Positions 1 to 9,603 of a DNA stretch of 64,000 nt are shown here, one piece after another. Position 1 is the first letter of the stretch, and each line of letters opens with the position of its first letter. Below the pieces are notes generated by a model. That model saw only the letters and a program-made list of their open reading frames with translations, was not told the DNA's origin and did no database searches. The position numbers and the translations under genes were made by a program. The DNA is from Nitrososphaerota archaeon (lineage in GTDB: Archaea > Thermoproteota > Nitrososphaeria > Nitrososphaerales > Nitrosopumilaceae): positions 1 through 64,000 of the forward strand of contig JAGWFT010000001.1 of the NCBI GenBank assembly GCA_028867755.1, written 5' to 3'.

Positions 1-1
1 A

Positions 2-1372
2 TATACTGATCCGGAGGTTATTGAAGTAGATAGAAATGGAAACATAGTATGGTCATTTCACTTTTCAAATACACCGTATGTGAGTGATCCAAAGTATAAT
101 GATATTAGAGGAACTGACTGGGGATACTGGACACATACAAACGAAGCTCTTCGACTACCTGACGGTTCTACTTTGATAAGTCCAAGAAATTTCAATATGG
201 TCATAATAGTTGACAAGGATGGCAAAGTTCTCCAAACTTATGGAGATACTTGTTCAAACTGTAAGAATAATTCTACTCAGAACAATAGTTGTGGAGGTAC
301 TAGTGGCAGTGGTGGTATGAGTGGAGGAATTGGTGGCAGTGGTGGTATGAGTGGAGGGTTGAGTTGTGCAGGTATAAACACATTTGCTCAGGTAAGTCCA
401 AAGGTGAATTACTTTTCTGGACAACATAGTCCAATTCCTCTTCCAAATGGAAACTTACTATTTGGTGAGCCAGGGCCTGGAATAGCTGTTGAATTTAACA
501 CTACAACAGACAAAATAGTGTGGCAATGGCCACATGGTGGAAGGCATAGTGGAGTATGGATAAACATACGAGGTGTTGAAAGACTTCCAAATGGAAATAC
601 ACTTGTGTCTGATTCAAATGGCAAAATATTTGAGGTTACTAGAAAGGGAGATATTGTATGGGAGTTGGATTGTACCTGTTACAATCCTAATGGTAAACCA
701 GATCAGTGGCCATTCTTTCAAGCAGAACGAATAAGCTACATGCCTCCAACTTTCACCGTTAAGGATCCTAGCCAAGGTCAGGTTTACAGTGGGGATGTTC
801 CGTTCAACATCACAGAGGGATATGATGTCAGAAAAATTTCTTACAACATCATGGACAATTCAAACAATACGTGGATTGTCCAAAATCAAACGGCACTGGA
901 GAATACATTCAAAGACTCATTGGATCCTCCAACAAAAACATTAGGACCTAGTTCACTAACTCTATCAAGTGGCAGTTATACACTAAGACTGATAGCTAGC
1001 AGTACAGGTTTTGGGTACAAGGATTTTGTTGATCTGAAAAGAATCAACCATGTAACTGAAGACATACAGTTTACTGTAGGGCAATCAATGCAGCAAATAC
1101 CTTCTTGGATTAAGAACAATGCCAAATGGTGGTCAGAGGGTTCTATGGGGGATTCTGATTTTGCAAAAGGTATGCAGTATCTAGTTCAACAGGGAATAAT
1201 CACTGTGCCACCAACGACTCCGGCCTCTCCAAATCCATCTCAGGGCATACCTAGTTGGGTTAAGAACAATGCAAAATGGTGGGCTGAAGGACAAATTCAA
1301 GACTCTGAATTCATCAAAGGGATACAGTATCTAATTGAAAATGGTATTATCAATATACAGCCAAAATCCTAA
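2..1372 (+). CDS. Arylsulfotransferase (ASST)-like beta-propeller surface protein, 5'-partial, with two C-terminal Trp-rich thaumarchaeal repeats
   Basis: Frame 2 is open from base 2 (YTDPEVIEVDRNGNIVW...), so the gene starts before the window. Repeating blades (IVDKDGKVLQTY, RLPNGNTLVSD, FEVTRKGDIVW), ASST-like HTN / SPRN / GQH motifs, and two IPSW(I/V)KNNAKWW repeats at the C-terminus. Confidence 0.75.
   Translation, partial: YTDPEVIEVDRNGNIVWSFHFSNTPYVSDPKYNDIRGTDWGYWTHTNEALRLPDGSTLISPRNFNMVIIVDKDGKVLQTYGDTCSNCKNNSTQNNSCGGTSGSGGMSGGIGGSGGMSGGLSCAGINTFAQVSPKVNYFSGQHSPIPLPNGNLLFGEPGPGIAVEFNTTTDKIVWQWPHGGRHSGVWINIRGVERLPNGNTLVSDSNGKIFEVTRKGDIVWELDCTCYNPNGKPDQWPFFQAERISYMPPTFTVKDPSQGQVYSGDVPFNITEGYDVRKISYNIMDNSNNTWIVQNQTALENTFKDSLDPPTKTLGPSSLTLSSGSYTLRLIASSTGFGYKDFVDLKRINHVTEDIQFTVGQSMQQIPSWIKNNAKWWSEGSMGDSDFAKGMQYLVQQGIITVPPTTPASPNPSQGIPSWVKNNAKWWAEGQIQDSEFIKGIQYLIENGIINIQPKS
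303..357 (+). repeat. 30-bp-period tandem repeat encoding GSGGMSGG twice
   Basis: gtggcagtggtggtatgagtggagg at 303-327 and again at 333-357. Confidence 0.9.
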
Positions 1373-1601
1373 CCGTTCAAGTCTACAGAAAGTAATTCTA
1401 AAAAATAAAAAATTAAGGAAAGGAGTTTTGCAGCTACTCCGGTAAGCTTACTGCCCATTTTGTGTCAATTTTCTCCAACAAAATCACAAATCCAAATCCT
1501 CGGGGGCACAAGAAACCCTCGGTCCATACACTTTTCAACAATTGCAAGCACAATAGGTGTGACATACAAAAAACAATATACATCCACTATGAATAGTTAC
1601 A

Positions 1602-1973
1602 ATGATGAAAGTATTCGGTGGAAAAGCAGCAGCAGAAGACTACATGTCAAACCATACCTTGACCTTTTCAACACCAGAGTTGACCCTGATGAGATTTGCA
1701 TTCTGGCTCAGCGATATGATTCCAGATCCCAAAAATCCCGGACAGCAGATGCCAAGAATTATGGCGTTTGTTGAAGAAAAAGATTTTGCGCCAGTTGCCG
1801 TAATAGATGATGACAAGTTTGTTCCAACAGGTGCTGTCAAGACCATGAGCGGTGGACTATATGGAAGTGTAAATGCAGAGGCTGGCCCTGATTCAAAATT
1901 CTGTTCTGAATGCGGTACAAAACTTTCAGTAAATGCCAGATTCTGTACAGAATGTGGTGCAACACAAGAATAA
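1602..1973 (+). CDS. Zinc-ribbon domain protein
   Basis: 123 aa with C-terminal FCSECG...FCTECG double CxxC. Confidence 0.8.
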   Translation: MMKVFGGKAAAEDYMSNHTLTFSTPELTLMRFAFWLSDMIPDPKNPGQQMPRIMAFVEEKDFAPVAVIDDDKFVPTGAVKTMSGGLYGSVNAEAGPDSKFCSECGTKLSVNARFCTECGATQE

Positions 1974-1977
1974 TTTA

Positions 1978-2499
1978 CTAGACTTTATTTCCACATTTGG
2001 TGCAAAACTTGGCAGTTAATTTTAGTGGAGAACCACAAGAGCCACATGTTGGACCTGTTGTAGATTCTTTTGGTAACAAAGATGGATCTGGTGTAGGCAA
2101 CACTCCAGGTGTTGAAAAAGCCGATGCTGCAGATATTATAGAAGGAGGACGCCCTGCTCCCGGCAAGGTTGCAGCTGTAACTTGAGATGCTTGGCTTGAG
2201 AATCCCATTCCGCTTGGCATCGTACCGCCTTGTGATGCACCCAAGGCTTGCCCTCCAGCCATTTTGTCAAGTGCTTTTTTTAGCTCAAAAATTACTTTGA
2301 CTGAAAGAAACTCTAGAGCAGAATATGCAACTACATAATCTCCTAACTTTGCAAAGAATTCCTTGTCAGATAATTTTCCTTGCTTGTACGTGCCATTTGC
2401 ATCAAGAAATGACTCATAGTATCCTTGTGTATCGTTGAGTAAATTTTGCAGTTTATCAAATAATAGGGTAAGAGTGTCTACTTCTCCACCAAATGACAT
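1978..2499 (-). CDS. Zinc-ribbon domain protein with helical N-terminal domain
   Basis: 173 aa with C-terminal CGSCG...FCTKCG; convergent with the previous gene. Confidence 0.8.
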   Translation of the reverse strand: MSFGGEVDTLTLLFDKLQNLLNDTQGYYESFLDANGTYKQGKLSDKEFFAKLGDYVVAYSALEFLSVKVIFELKKALDKMAGGQALGASQGGTMPSGMGFSSQASQVTAATLPGAGRPPSIISAASAFSTPGVLPTPDPSLLPKESTTGPTCGSCGSPLKLTAKFCTKCGNKV

Positions 2500-2567
2500 G
2501 TGGACTGTTTGCTCTGACCGATATTAATTATTTTAGATCGAAAAAAGATGTAGATGAGGTTTTGTTT

Positions 2568-2900
2568 CTAGACTTTTTCAAGAGCCTTGTCTATCATTGT
2601 CTTATAAGACGACTTTGACGCGGCTCCCACCTGCTGTGCAACAATCTGGCCTTTGTTAAAAAGAGCCAGTGTCGGTATGCTAAATACGTTGTACTTTGAT
2701 GCAAGCTCATTGCTCTCGTCAACGTTTACCTTGACAAAGTTGACCTTTCCTGCATATTCGCCTGCAAGTTCTTCAACGACAGGGCCGACCATCCTGCATG
2801 GACCACACCATTCAGCCCAAAAATCTACAAACACTGGAACCTGAGAATGCATTACCTCTGTTTCCCAGTTTTTTTCGTTAACAGGTTTTGCTTTATCCAT
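2568..2900 (-). CDS. trxA: Thioredoxin
   Basis: VDFWAEWCGPC active site, FSIPTL cis-Pro motif, 110 aa. Confidence 0.97.
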   Translation of the reverse strand: MDKAKPVNEKNWETEVMHSQVPVFVDFWAEWCGPCRMVGPVVEELAGEYAGKVNFVKVNVDESNELASKYNVFSIPTLALFNKGQIVAQQVGAASKSSYKTMIDKALEKV

Positions 2901-2942
2901 ACTTTATTAAAAGATAGTATCCCTAAATATATTGAACGATTT

Positions 2943-4241
2943 TTACCAGCGACTTCTTAGGCCGTAATAGTTTCTATCGCCATATCTTCGCCTTCCATCA
3001 TTTCTTCCATCATCTCTTCCTTCACGTCTTCCACCACCATATCTTCTTCCTCGGTTCTCATATCTGCCGCCTCCATAACCTCTCCTTTGGTGTACTTCTC
3101 TTTTCAATGGATCAGGGATCTTTACCTCAATCCCAAGCTCTTTGTTTAGATCTCTCATGGTAACTTTGGTTTGCCTTGAGATTGCTTGGAAATCTCCAAT
3201 TGATGAATATGACACTAGCGTAATGGCCCTGCCCTTTGCACCTGCTCTTGCTGTTCTTCCTATCCTGTGGAAATATACCAAGTCATGACTTGGCACGTCA
3301 TAGTTTACAACTAATGCAACCTCTGGGACATCAATTCCTCTTGCTGCAACATCGGTTGCTACAAGAATGTCTGCTTTTCCTTTTCGGAACATGTACATGG
3401 CTTTGTCTCTCCTAAATTGTGACATGTCTCCCTGAATTGACACTACATTGAATTTGGATTTTTCAAGATCATGTGCTACTCGTCTTGTTCTTTCCTTAGT
3501 AGAACAAAATACAATGGTTTGGCCTGTCGTATTTTCTTTGATGAACTTTAAGAGAAAATCCAATTTCTCTCTGTCTCGTATTACTAAAAAGGCCTGCTCA
3601 ATTCCCTCACCGCTGAGGTCATCAGAATCAATGAAGATCTTCTGTGGGTTTCGCATGTATTTTTCTGCTAGCATAAGTATCTCTGGAGGCATTGTTGCAG
3701 AAAACAATGCAGTCAGATGCTCCTTTGGAACAAGATCCAAGATGAATCGTATATCATCAATAAAGCCCATGTCAAGCATGGTATCAGCTTCATCAAGCAC
3801 TACATACTTGACATTTTTTAGCTTGACTGAGCCTCGTTTTATGTGGTCGATTAGTCTACCTGGTGTTGCGACTACAATCTCGACCCCTCTTTCTAGTTCA
3901 TTGAACTGTACGTTGATGCTTTGTCCACCATAAATTGTAACATATCTTATACTGGAATGTTTTGAGAATCTTTGAATCTCACCTGTTATCTGAACTGCTA
4001 GCTCTCTTGTTGGTGCAAGTATCAGTGCTTGTATTCCACCCCTTGGTACAATTGTTTGTATAATTGGTAACGAAAAGGCCGCAGTCTTTCCGGTTCCAGT
4101 GTGTGCTTGTCCTATGACATCTTGGCCTGACAGCAACACCGGTATTGAAGCTGCCTGAATTGGAAATGCTTCATTGAATTGTATCTCACTTAGCGCTGTT
4201 AGTATTGGATTCTTTATCCCTAGTTCTTCAAATTTTGTCAA
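2943..4241 (-). CDS. DEAD-box RNA helicase
   Basis: Q motif, AHTGTGKT, PTRELA, TPGR, DEAD, SAT, ARGID, HRIGRTAR; RG-rich C-terminal tail. Confidence 0.97.
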   Translation of the reverse strand: MTKFEELGIKNPILTALSEIQFNEAFPIQAASIPVLLSGQDVIGQAHTGTGKTAAFSLPIIQTIVPRGGIQALILAPTRELAVQITGEIQRFSKHSSIRYVTIYGGQSINVQFNELERGVEIVVATPGRLIDHIKRGSVKLKNVKYVVLDEADTMLDMGFIDDIRFILDLVPKEHLTALFSATMPPEILMLAEKYMRNPQKIFIDSDDLSGEGIEQAFLVIRDREKLDFLLKFIKENTTGQTIVFCSTKERTRRVAHDLEKSKFNVVSIQGDMSQFRRDKAMYMFRKGKADILVATDVAARGIDVPEVALVVNYDVPSHDLVYFHRIGRTARAGAKGRAITLVSYSSIGDFQAISRQTKVTMRDLNKELGIEVKIPDPLKREVHQRRGYGGGRYENRGRRYGGGRREGRDDGRNDGRRRYGDRNYYGLRSRW

Positions 4242-4467
4242 GTTTAATCATCATCTTTTTTTATTGAAATGACAGAGAAGTGTTGTTATTAATTTCCGTC
4301 ATTATTTTTGTTTAACTTTCCAATCTGGCTCTATTAACTCTTTCCAAATTATTGAAAAAAATCGCATTATTTTTTAAAATTGTACAATCTGTATGGTCAT
4401 TGGTATGAGAGATTTGGTCAACCAACGCGACATACATACTTAAATGAGTTTTAGATAGACTAGAGTT

Positions 4468-5187
4468 ATGAGCAGTGAATTTCGCCTAAAAAAGCTCAGA
4501 GGATCTGGCGGATACATCATGGCAAACGTCAACGATGACCAACAAAGAAAAGGAAATCTTGGTGGGCCAGATCTATTTTTGGCACCTGTTGGTAGGCTTG
4601 ATTCTGAAAAGATTACAAAATATTATTGCAACACCTGTGAAAAAGAGTACGAAGGCAGTCCCAAGGTGGATTATGAAACGCCAAATGAAACAGTTGCAGA
4701 AAACTTGGTTCTTTTGGAGAAGGGGCAATACATTTGCATCACCTGTGGGTCAGTTCTTGCTGAATACAGAAACTTTAGCAAACCAGACGAAAAGGCAGAT
4801 GTCGGTGCTGCAAAACCAGAGATAGCATCACAAGACATGTACTTACCATCAGCAGGCTCTGTTCCGCAACAATCACTTCAATCATCAGGCACATCAGGAG
4901 TAAAATCATTTAATTCGATTACAGGACTTTCAGTGTATGATTCTGAGGCAAGAAGAGTTGGTGTTGTAAAGGAGATTGGTGTTCAACCAGGGCAATCAGG
5001 TATAGTTCTTGTTGTGACAAAAAATGACGGTTCAAATGTAACGATAAGATGGGACGAGGTTAGAAAGATAGGCGAGATTGTTCTTCTTGGAGGAGAGCTG
5101 ACAAATGATGCATTCAAGTGCAGCAAGTGTGGAAATTCTAATACTTCTGGCTCAAAATTCTGTGAAAGTTGTGGCAATAAGCTATAA
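4468..5187 (+). CDS. Conserved thaumarchaeal protein with Zn-finger, PRC-barrel-like domain and C-terminal zinc ribbon
   Basis: CNTC/CITC pair, GLSVYDSEARRVGVVKEI (PRC-barrel-like), CSKC...FCESCG end. Confidence 0.75.
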   Translation: MSSEFRLKKLRGSGGYIMANVNDDQQRKGNLGGPDLFLAPVGRLDSEKITKYYCNTCEKEYEGSPKVDYETPNETVAENLVLLEKGQYICITCGSVLAEYRNFSKPDEKADVGAAKPEIASQDMYLPSAGSVPQQSLQSSGTSGVKSFNSITGLSVYDSEARRVGVVKEIGVQPGQSGIVLVVTKNDGSNVTIRWDEVRKIGEIVLLGGELTNDAFKCSKCGNSNTSGSKFCESCGNKL

Positions 5188-5243
5188 GTAGAAATACATT
5201 GTTAAGCAAGATTTATCTTACGAGTTTAAAGGACAAAATATAA

Positions 5244-5879
5244 TTGAAAAAACGTGCTGCATCGAGTTTTGCAAAAGATATCATAATTGTTGTCATCGGT
5301 ATTGCAGTAATATGGGTAGGATTGAGAGTAACATTTGGCACTGAAAATCCGTTTTATGTTGTATCAAGTGGAAGCATGGTGCCAAACCTAAACGTGTTTG
5401 ATGTAATAGTTGTCAACGGAAACCTTCCTTATGAGCAGCTCAAGGTAGGAGACATTATTGTTTTCAATAGACCTGTTACACATGATAAGGTAATAGTTCA
5501 TCGAGTGGCAGAGATACTTAGTCAAGATCCTCGTATAATCAGGACAAAAGGAGATGCAAACCCTGGCTCCATACCTGGAACTGACTTTCCAATATCAAAG
5601 GTAGACTATATTGGAAAAGTGGTTTATGTCATACCGCAGATAGGATATGTTACTAGAATTCTTACGCCTCCAATCAATTATATCATAATAGCAGTAATAG
5701 TTGGAGTCATGATTGTAAAACAATTTGGCAAATCAAAACCTGAAACAAGTGGAACTTCTTTTAACGACAATCCCCCAAGCTCTGAGACTCCAAGTACATT
5801 AGACAAGATTGAAACCCAGACAGATAATGAGTACACTAAAGCTCATGATTCAGACAAGGAACCAGAAAAGAAAGAATAA
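5244..5879 (+). CDS. Signal peptidase I (S26, Sec11/SipW type)
   Basis: N-terminal TM, VVSSGSMVP (Ser), IVHRV (His), TKGDAN, second TM helix. Confidence 0.93.
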   Translation: MKKRAASSFAKDIIIVVIGIAVIWVGLRVTFGTENPFYVVSSGSMVPNLNVFDVIVVNGNLPYEQLKVGDIIVFNRPVTHDKVIVHRVAEILSQDPRIIRTKGDANPGSIPGTDFPISKVDYIGKVVYVIPQIGYVTRILTPPINYIIIAVIVGVMIVKQFGKSKPETSGTSFNDNPPSSETPSTLDKIETQTDNEYTKAHDSDKEPEKKE

Positions 5880-5886
5880 TTTTCGT

Positions 5887-7395
5887 TTATTTTGCAGTGC
5901 TTATCTTAAACACTCTTTGGAAATAATCTGATTGTTCTGGGGAAGGCTCAACATCCTCTTTTACATTTGCCAAGTTCTTGGCAAGTTGTTTTTTGTATTC
6001 AAGTTGCATCTGTCTTGCAATCTGGATTCTTTGTGCTTGTGGCGAGCCTGCTCCATGCATCGATTCTGTTAGGTATCCTACGGCGTTTCTTCCAAGAGTC
6101 ATGTTCTCTATCAATCTCAAGATTCGCATCCTATTTTCAACGTCTACGCCCTTACGTCCTTTTAGATATTTTTTCAGTATTGGACCTGTCTCGGGATTTC
6201 TAAAGTCTTTTTCAGACGGGAGTGTAACCATAAGACCACCTGCTATATCCTGTGCGAGTCTTCCTATCTCATATGGGAATCTTGTGACATTGTGCTTGCA
6301 TACGTTTGCCAGCATGTCGTCATTTAACCAGTTGCCAGACTTTGTGCGATGTGCTTGGTATGATGACGATATACCAGCTGCGTATATTGTCTCGTTTAGA
6401 TGAGTCATCTCTACAAGTTTGTCTCTAATGTGAGATACATTTGGAATTCCGTTATAATCAGCAATTGCTGCAGATGCTCCAATCAGTACATCTCCAAGAC
6501 CTGTCTTGCAGACATAGCTTCGTCTATGATAACAAGTAAATCTCTCAACTAGCATTGATGCAAACTCATACTCGCCATTCATAAAGACATGTTCCCATGG
6601 AACAAAGACATTATCAAAAATTATCATTGCTTCCTGACCAGCAAATTTGGAGTTGCCAGAGTCAAGATCGCCTTCTTCCATACTTCGCGTATCACATGAC
6701 TGTCTGCCGTAGATGTATGTTATTCCCGGTGCATCTGCTTGCACTGCACCAACTACTGCATAGTCACGGTCATTTTCCTGCAACCTCATTGTTGGCATGA
6801 ATACTATCCAGTGTGAATTGATACAGCCAGTCTGGTGGGCTTTGGCACCTTTAACAATAATTCCTTTGTCATTTTTTTCAACTATATGCAAAAAGACATC
6901 TGGGTCTTCTTGTTCATATGGTGCCTTACTCCTGTCTCCTTTTGGATCAGTCATGGCACCCCCAATTACAAAATTTTCTTTTTGAATCATCTTGATGAAA
7001 TCTACCAGTCTCTTGTGATAATCTGTTTTATGCTTCTCATCAATTTCAAAAGTAACAGAATAAAGCGAGTTCATTGCGTCCATTCCAACACACCTTTGGA
7101 AACAGGTGCCTGTTAGTTGCCCAAGTTTTCGTTGCATCTTGTTTTGGTTTACGAGATCTTCTGGGCTCTCCACAATATGCAGGAATCTGTTTACTTGCTG
7201 TCCGCTAAGGGATGATTTTACACTGCCAAGATCTCCTTCATGTACTGCCAAGTCAAAAGTCTCTGCAACTGCATTAATCGACGGACGAATCATTGGGTGA
7301 TCTACAGGCTCTTTTACAAGTTCTCCAAAAAGGTAAACCTTCATCTTTCTACCCCTAAGACTTTGTATATATTCAGCACCCGTCTTAATTGGCAT
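5887..7395 (-). CDS. abfD: 4-hydroxybutyryl-CoA dehydratase (3HP/4HB cycle)
   Basis: 502 aa; TCFQRCVG Fe-S Cys motif, AMTDPKGDRS, HRRSYVCK, HGAGSPQAQ; adjacent to an ADP-forming ligase as in N. maritimus Nmar_0206/0207. Confidence 0.96.
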   Translation of the reverse strand: MPIKTGAEYIQSLRGRKMKVYLFGELVKEPVDHPMIRPSINAVAETFDLAVHEGDLGSVKSSLSGQQVNRFLHIVESPEDLVNQNKMQRKLGQLTGTCFQRCVGMDAMNSLYSVTFEIDEKHKTDYHKRLVDFIKMIQKENFVIGGAMTDPKGDRSKAPYEQEDPDVFLHIVEKNDKGIIVKGAKAHQTGCINSHWIVFMPTMRLQENDRDYAVVGAVQADAPGITYIYGRQSCDTRSMEEGDLDSGNSKFAGQEAMIIFDNVFVPWEHVFMNGEYEFASMLVERFTCYHRRSYVCKTGLGDVLIGASAAIADYNGIPNVSHIRDKLVEMTHLNETIYAAGISSSYQAHRTKSGNWLNDDMLANVCKHNVTRFPYEIGRLAQDIAGGLMVTLPSEKDFRNPETGPILKKYLKGRKGVDVENRMRILRLIENMTLGRNAVGYLTESMHGAGSPQAQRIQIARQMQLEYKKQLAKNLANVKEDVEPSPEQSDYFQRVFKISTAK

Positions 7396-7417
7396 GTCAG
7401 CTATACCCTCTCAAAGT

Positions 7418-7426
7418 AATATAAAT
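7418..7426 (-). promoter_or_regulatory. Probable TATA box of the dehydratase gene
   Basis: TTTATA on the minus strand (7420-7425), about 24 nt before the ATG at 7395, in a 53-bp intergenic gap. Confidence 0.5.
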
Positions 7427-7448
7427 ATTATAATAAAGGTACTCGGTC

Positions 7449-9554
7449 CTACGCAAGACCGATTCTTACATCTACCACTTTGCAGCCCTTGCCCTTTTCA
7501 AACACAAGAACTGGGTTTAGGTCAAGCTCTTTTATCTCTTCAAAATCGGTGACAAGCTGAGAAATTTTCTGGATGCATTCTGATAACTTTTGCACATCAG
7601 ATGGCTTTTCGCCTCTTACACCCTGCAACAACTTATTTGTCTTGATAGACAAGATCATCTCATCTGTTTCCAGATCAGTAGTCGGTGCTATTCTAAAAGT
7701 AACATCTTTGAGAACCTCGACGTAGATTCCTCCCATTCCAAACATTACGACCGGTCCAAATCCTGGTTCCTGTTTTGAACCAATGATTGTTTCCTTGCCT
7801 CCCTTTATCATCTCTTGAACCAAGACTCCTTTGATTATCGCTTTCTTGTCATATTTTTTTGCGTTCTTAATTATCTCCTTGAATGCTGTTTTTACTTCTT
7901 GTGGGGTCTTCATTCCAACCTTTACTCCACCTGCATCAGATTTGTGAATTATTTGCGGCGATGCAATCTTCATCACAACTGGATATCCAATCTTTTTTGC
8001 TGCAGCAAGTGCCTCTTTTTCTTTTGTAGCAAGAATGCTTTTTGGGAGAGGGACTCCATACGCCTTTAAAACTTCTTGACCTTCCTCTTCTAGTAAATTC
8101 TTTCTTCCATCTGAACGTACCTTGGCAAAAATTTGCTCTACCTTTTTCTTGTTTGCCTTAAATTCCTGAACCTTGCCTTCTGTTGTCTGCGACCAATGCG
8201 TGAATCGTAGCATGGCCTTTAGTGCCCTTATGGCGCTTTCTGCATACTTGTAATGAGGAATACCGCCTTCGGCAAGTATTTCCTTGTTCTTTATTCCCTC
8301 ATCTAGCCCCATAAGACTGGCCAGAATGGTTTTGTTGTGTTTCTTTGAGACGTTTACTATGACCTCTGCTAGTTTGTTATAGTCTAGCGTTGCTGAAGGA
8401 GTACACATTGCAATTACAGAGCCGACATTTTTGTGTGCAAGAACTAGGTTTAGCACGTGATCAAACCTGTTAAAATCTGCATCACCTACAATGTCAACTG
8501 GATTTCTTGATGTGCCCCACGGCGGAATTACTGCGTTAATCTGTGGCCTGATGTCCTCGATACTTGCCATCTTTATTCCAAGCTTTGAGCATGCATCTGT
8601 TGAAATAATTGCAGGTCCTCCTGCGTTTGATACTATTACTAGATCACCTTTTGTTGGAAGCGGTTGTTTTGAAAATGCTGTAGCGTAATCGAACAGCTCT
8701 TCCATGGTATCAACTCTGATTGCTCCTGCCTGTGTGAGAAGAGCATCATAGATTTCATCAGAACCCATGAGTGCGCCTGTATGCGACATGGCAGCTTTTG
8801 CACCTTCTGGACTCCTACCTGACTTTAAAACAAGAACTGGTTTTTTAGCTTGGCTTAGCCTTGTTATTTGTTTACATACTTTGAGAAACTCACGTCCATT
8901 TGCCATGTCTTCAAGATACATGACAATGACCTTTGTTTGATCATGTGTTGCCAACATCTTTAGCATATCAACCTCGTTGAGGTCCACTTTGTTTCCCATA
9001 CTGATAACAGCTGAAAATCCTATTCCTTGTGCACTTGCATCTTCTACCAATGCGGCACAGATTGCACCACTTTGTGAAACTAGTGCAATTCCTCCAGACT
9101 TTGGAGTTATCTTAAGAAAAGTAGAATTCATCATTGTCTGAGGAGCCAGATTCATGACTCCAAGACAGTTTGGCCCTATTATCCTGATGTTGTACTGTTT
9201 TGATATCTCTGCCAATTTTTGTTCAAGTTTTGCTCCCTCTTCGTTTACTTCCTTGAATCCGGCAGTGATTACGATAGCACCCTTGATTCCCTTTTTTCCA
9301 CACTCTTCAAGAACAGTAGGCACGACGTCATTTTTTGTTACCACCACTGCAAGGTCTACTTGCTCTGGAACATCTAGAACACTCTTGTAGGCTTTTTTAT
9401 CAAAGACTGTTTCTCGAGTTGGGCTTATTGGAAAGATCTTGCCGGTATATCCTTTGAGAATGTTTGATGTGATTGCACGGCCCACACTGCCTTCTTTGTC
9501 TGATGCACCAACTATGGCAATTGATTTTGGGGAGAGAAAGAGAGAATCAGTCAT
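7449..9554 (-). CDS. ADP-forming acyl-CoA synthetase, probable 4-hydroxybutyrate-CoA ligase
   Basis: CoA-binding N-terminus (IAIVGAS, IGPNCLG, SQSGA), SHTGA phospho-His, ATP-grasp C-terminus (HKSDAGGV, LDLNP); synteny with abfD. Confidence 0.92.
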   Translation of the reverse strand: MTDSLFLSPKSIAIVGASDKEGSVGRAITSNILKGYTGKIFPISPTRETVFDKKAYKSVLDVPEQVDLAVVVTKNDVVPTVLEECGKKGIKGAIVITAGFKEVNEEGAKLEQKLAEISKQYNIRIIGPNCLGVMNLAPQTMMNSTFLKITPKSGGIALVSQSGAICAALVEDASAQGIGFSAVISMGNKVDLNEVDMLKMLATHDQTKVIVMYLEDMANGREFLKVCKQITRLSQAKKPVLVLKSGRSPEGAKAAMSHTGALMGSDEIYDALLTQAGAIRVDTMEELFDYATAFSKQPLPTKGDLVIVSNAGGPAIISTDACSKLGIKMASIEDIRPQINAVIPPWGTSRNPVDIVGDADFNRFDHVLNLVLAHKNVGSVIAMCTPSATLDYNKLAEVIVNVSKKHNKTILASLMGLDEGIKNKEILAEGGIPHYKYAESAIRALKAMLRFTHWSQTTEGKVQEFKANKKKVEQIFAKVRSDGRKNLLEEEGQEVLKAYGVPLPKSILATKEKEALAAAKKIGYPVVMKIASPQIIHKSDAGGVKVGMKTPQEVKTAFKEIIKNAKKYDKKAIIKGVLVQEMIKGGKETIIGSKQEPGFGPVVMFGMGGIYVEVLKDVTFRIAPTTDLETDEMILSIKTNKLLQGVRGEKPSDVQKLSECIQKISQLVTDFEEIKELDLNPVLVFEKGKGCKVVDVRIGLA

Positions 9555-9603
9555 TTTAACGAGATGGTTTCAAATGGTTATGTATAATAAGTTACCGAGA
9601 TCG

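Noticed and set aside
1460-1774. 104-aa plus-strand ORF overlapping the zinc-ribbon gene
   Set aside because: Alternative frame over a better-supported gene; no motifs.
5887-9554. Treating the 3HP/4HB ligase-dehydratase pair as novel
   Set aside because: Well-described core AOA arrangement.
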